A stretch of 64,000 nt of DNA from an uncultured Methanomassiliicoccales archaeon (GTDB taxonomy: Archaea; Thermoplasmatota; Thermoplasmata; Methanomassiliicoccales; Methanomethylophilaceae). The stretch covers positions 2,021 to 66,020 of the forward strand of contig CASFYI010000063.1 in NCBI GenBank assembly GCA_949298875.1, written 5' to 3'. Under the pieces are notes generated by a model. It searched no databases. It had not been told where the DNA came from and worked only from the letters and a program-made list of their open reading frames with translations. A program made the translations under genes and the position numbers. The stretch's first letter is position 1; every line of letters begins with the position of its first letter. This document shows, piece by piece, positions 63,327-64,000 of this stretch.

Positions 63327-64000
63327 ATGTCGTATAACGTTGTCCAGAAAATCCGTGACAACTACTACCTGTACGAGGTCACCGCGGAATGGGATCCGGA
63401 GACTAAGCGTTCCAAACAGAAGAGGAAATACATCGGTAAGTGCGACAAGGATGGGAACCTCGCCTCATCCGAATCCATCACGGTCGACTGCAGGAACATG
63501 GGGGAGTACTACCTCATGTTCAACGTCTGCAGGAGATGCGGACTCTGGGATGCACTGTGCAAGGTGTACGGCGAGGAGAGCTCCAAGTACATCTTCTCGC
63601 ACTGCATCAGCAGGACGCTGCGCTGCTGCCCGCCGACCCAGTCGCCGCAGAACATCAGATCGTCGGTCCTTCCTGACTTCTTCGGCCTCCCGCTGGACTC
63701 GGCACCCATGTCGCTCTCCGGCTACATGAGCCTGATGACATCCGTGTACCGTCACCGCCATGAGATCTTCAGGGAGCTGGCGACAGGCAGCTCGGCCATA
63801 GTGTACGACATAGATGTCCTGAAGGAACCGATCAGCTTCTACAAGCTGTTCGGAACCAGCAGCCACGCATCCTTCGACCGCTTCCCCTCGAAAACGCTGT
63901 TCATGGGCCTGAGCGTCGATTCGAAGCTGCCGTTCTACTTCCGCATGGCTAACTACTCAGGTGCGGACCGCAGCACCATGAAGGCGATAGCCGCCGACCT
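63327..64000 (+). mobile_element. IS1634-family transposase-like ORF, divergent, 3' truncated by window edge
   Basis: My translation from ATG 63327: YLYEVTAEWDPETKRSKQKRKYIGK, ...IVYD..., LPFYF.....D.STM; open to the window end. Confidence 0.6.

Overview
GC-rich archaeal chromosome segment, most consistent with a Methanomassiliicoccales (Methanomethylophilaceae-like) methanogen. Markers are methanogenesis marker-8, Nop5, aIF-5A, archease, CarS, SMC-ScpAB and a corrinoid methyltransferase. I annotate about 63 CDSs and 5 tRNAs (Glu-TTC, Leu-TAA, Val-CAC, Val-TAC, Gly-CCC). The window also holds a bacterial-type hcp/crp/thiEHGFS block, three Schlafen/AlbA_2 genes, several degenerate pseudo-enzymes and a truncated IS1634-like ORF. 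The main observation is that about 20 of the 62 genes ending in the window carry an in-frame CGA (normally Arg) exactly where the protein family ends. These CGAs reproduce classic stop geometries: CGATG stop/start overlaps, and CGA|TCG, CGA|TCA and TGA|TCG convergent junctions. Under code 11 many of these ORFs run on for tens to hundreds of codons through neighbouring genes. I found no CGA inside the gene bodies I spot-checked. This points to CGA acting as a stop codon, by reassignment or C-to-U editing, alongside TGA and TAA; no gene ends in TAG. CDS coordinates below use the CGA ends where indicated. Product calls are by motif recognition only, with no database searches run.
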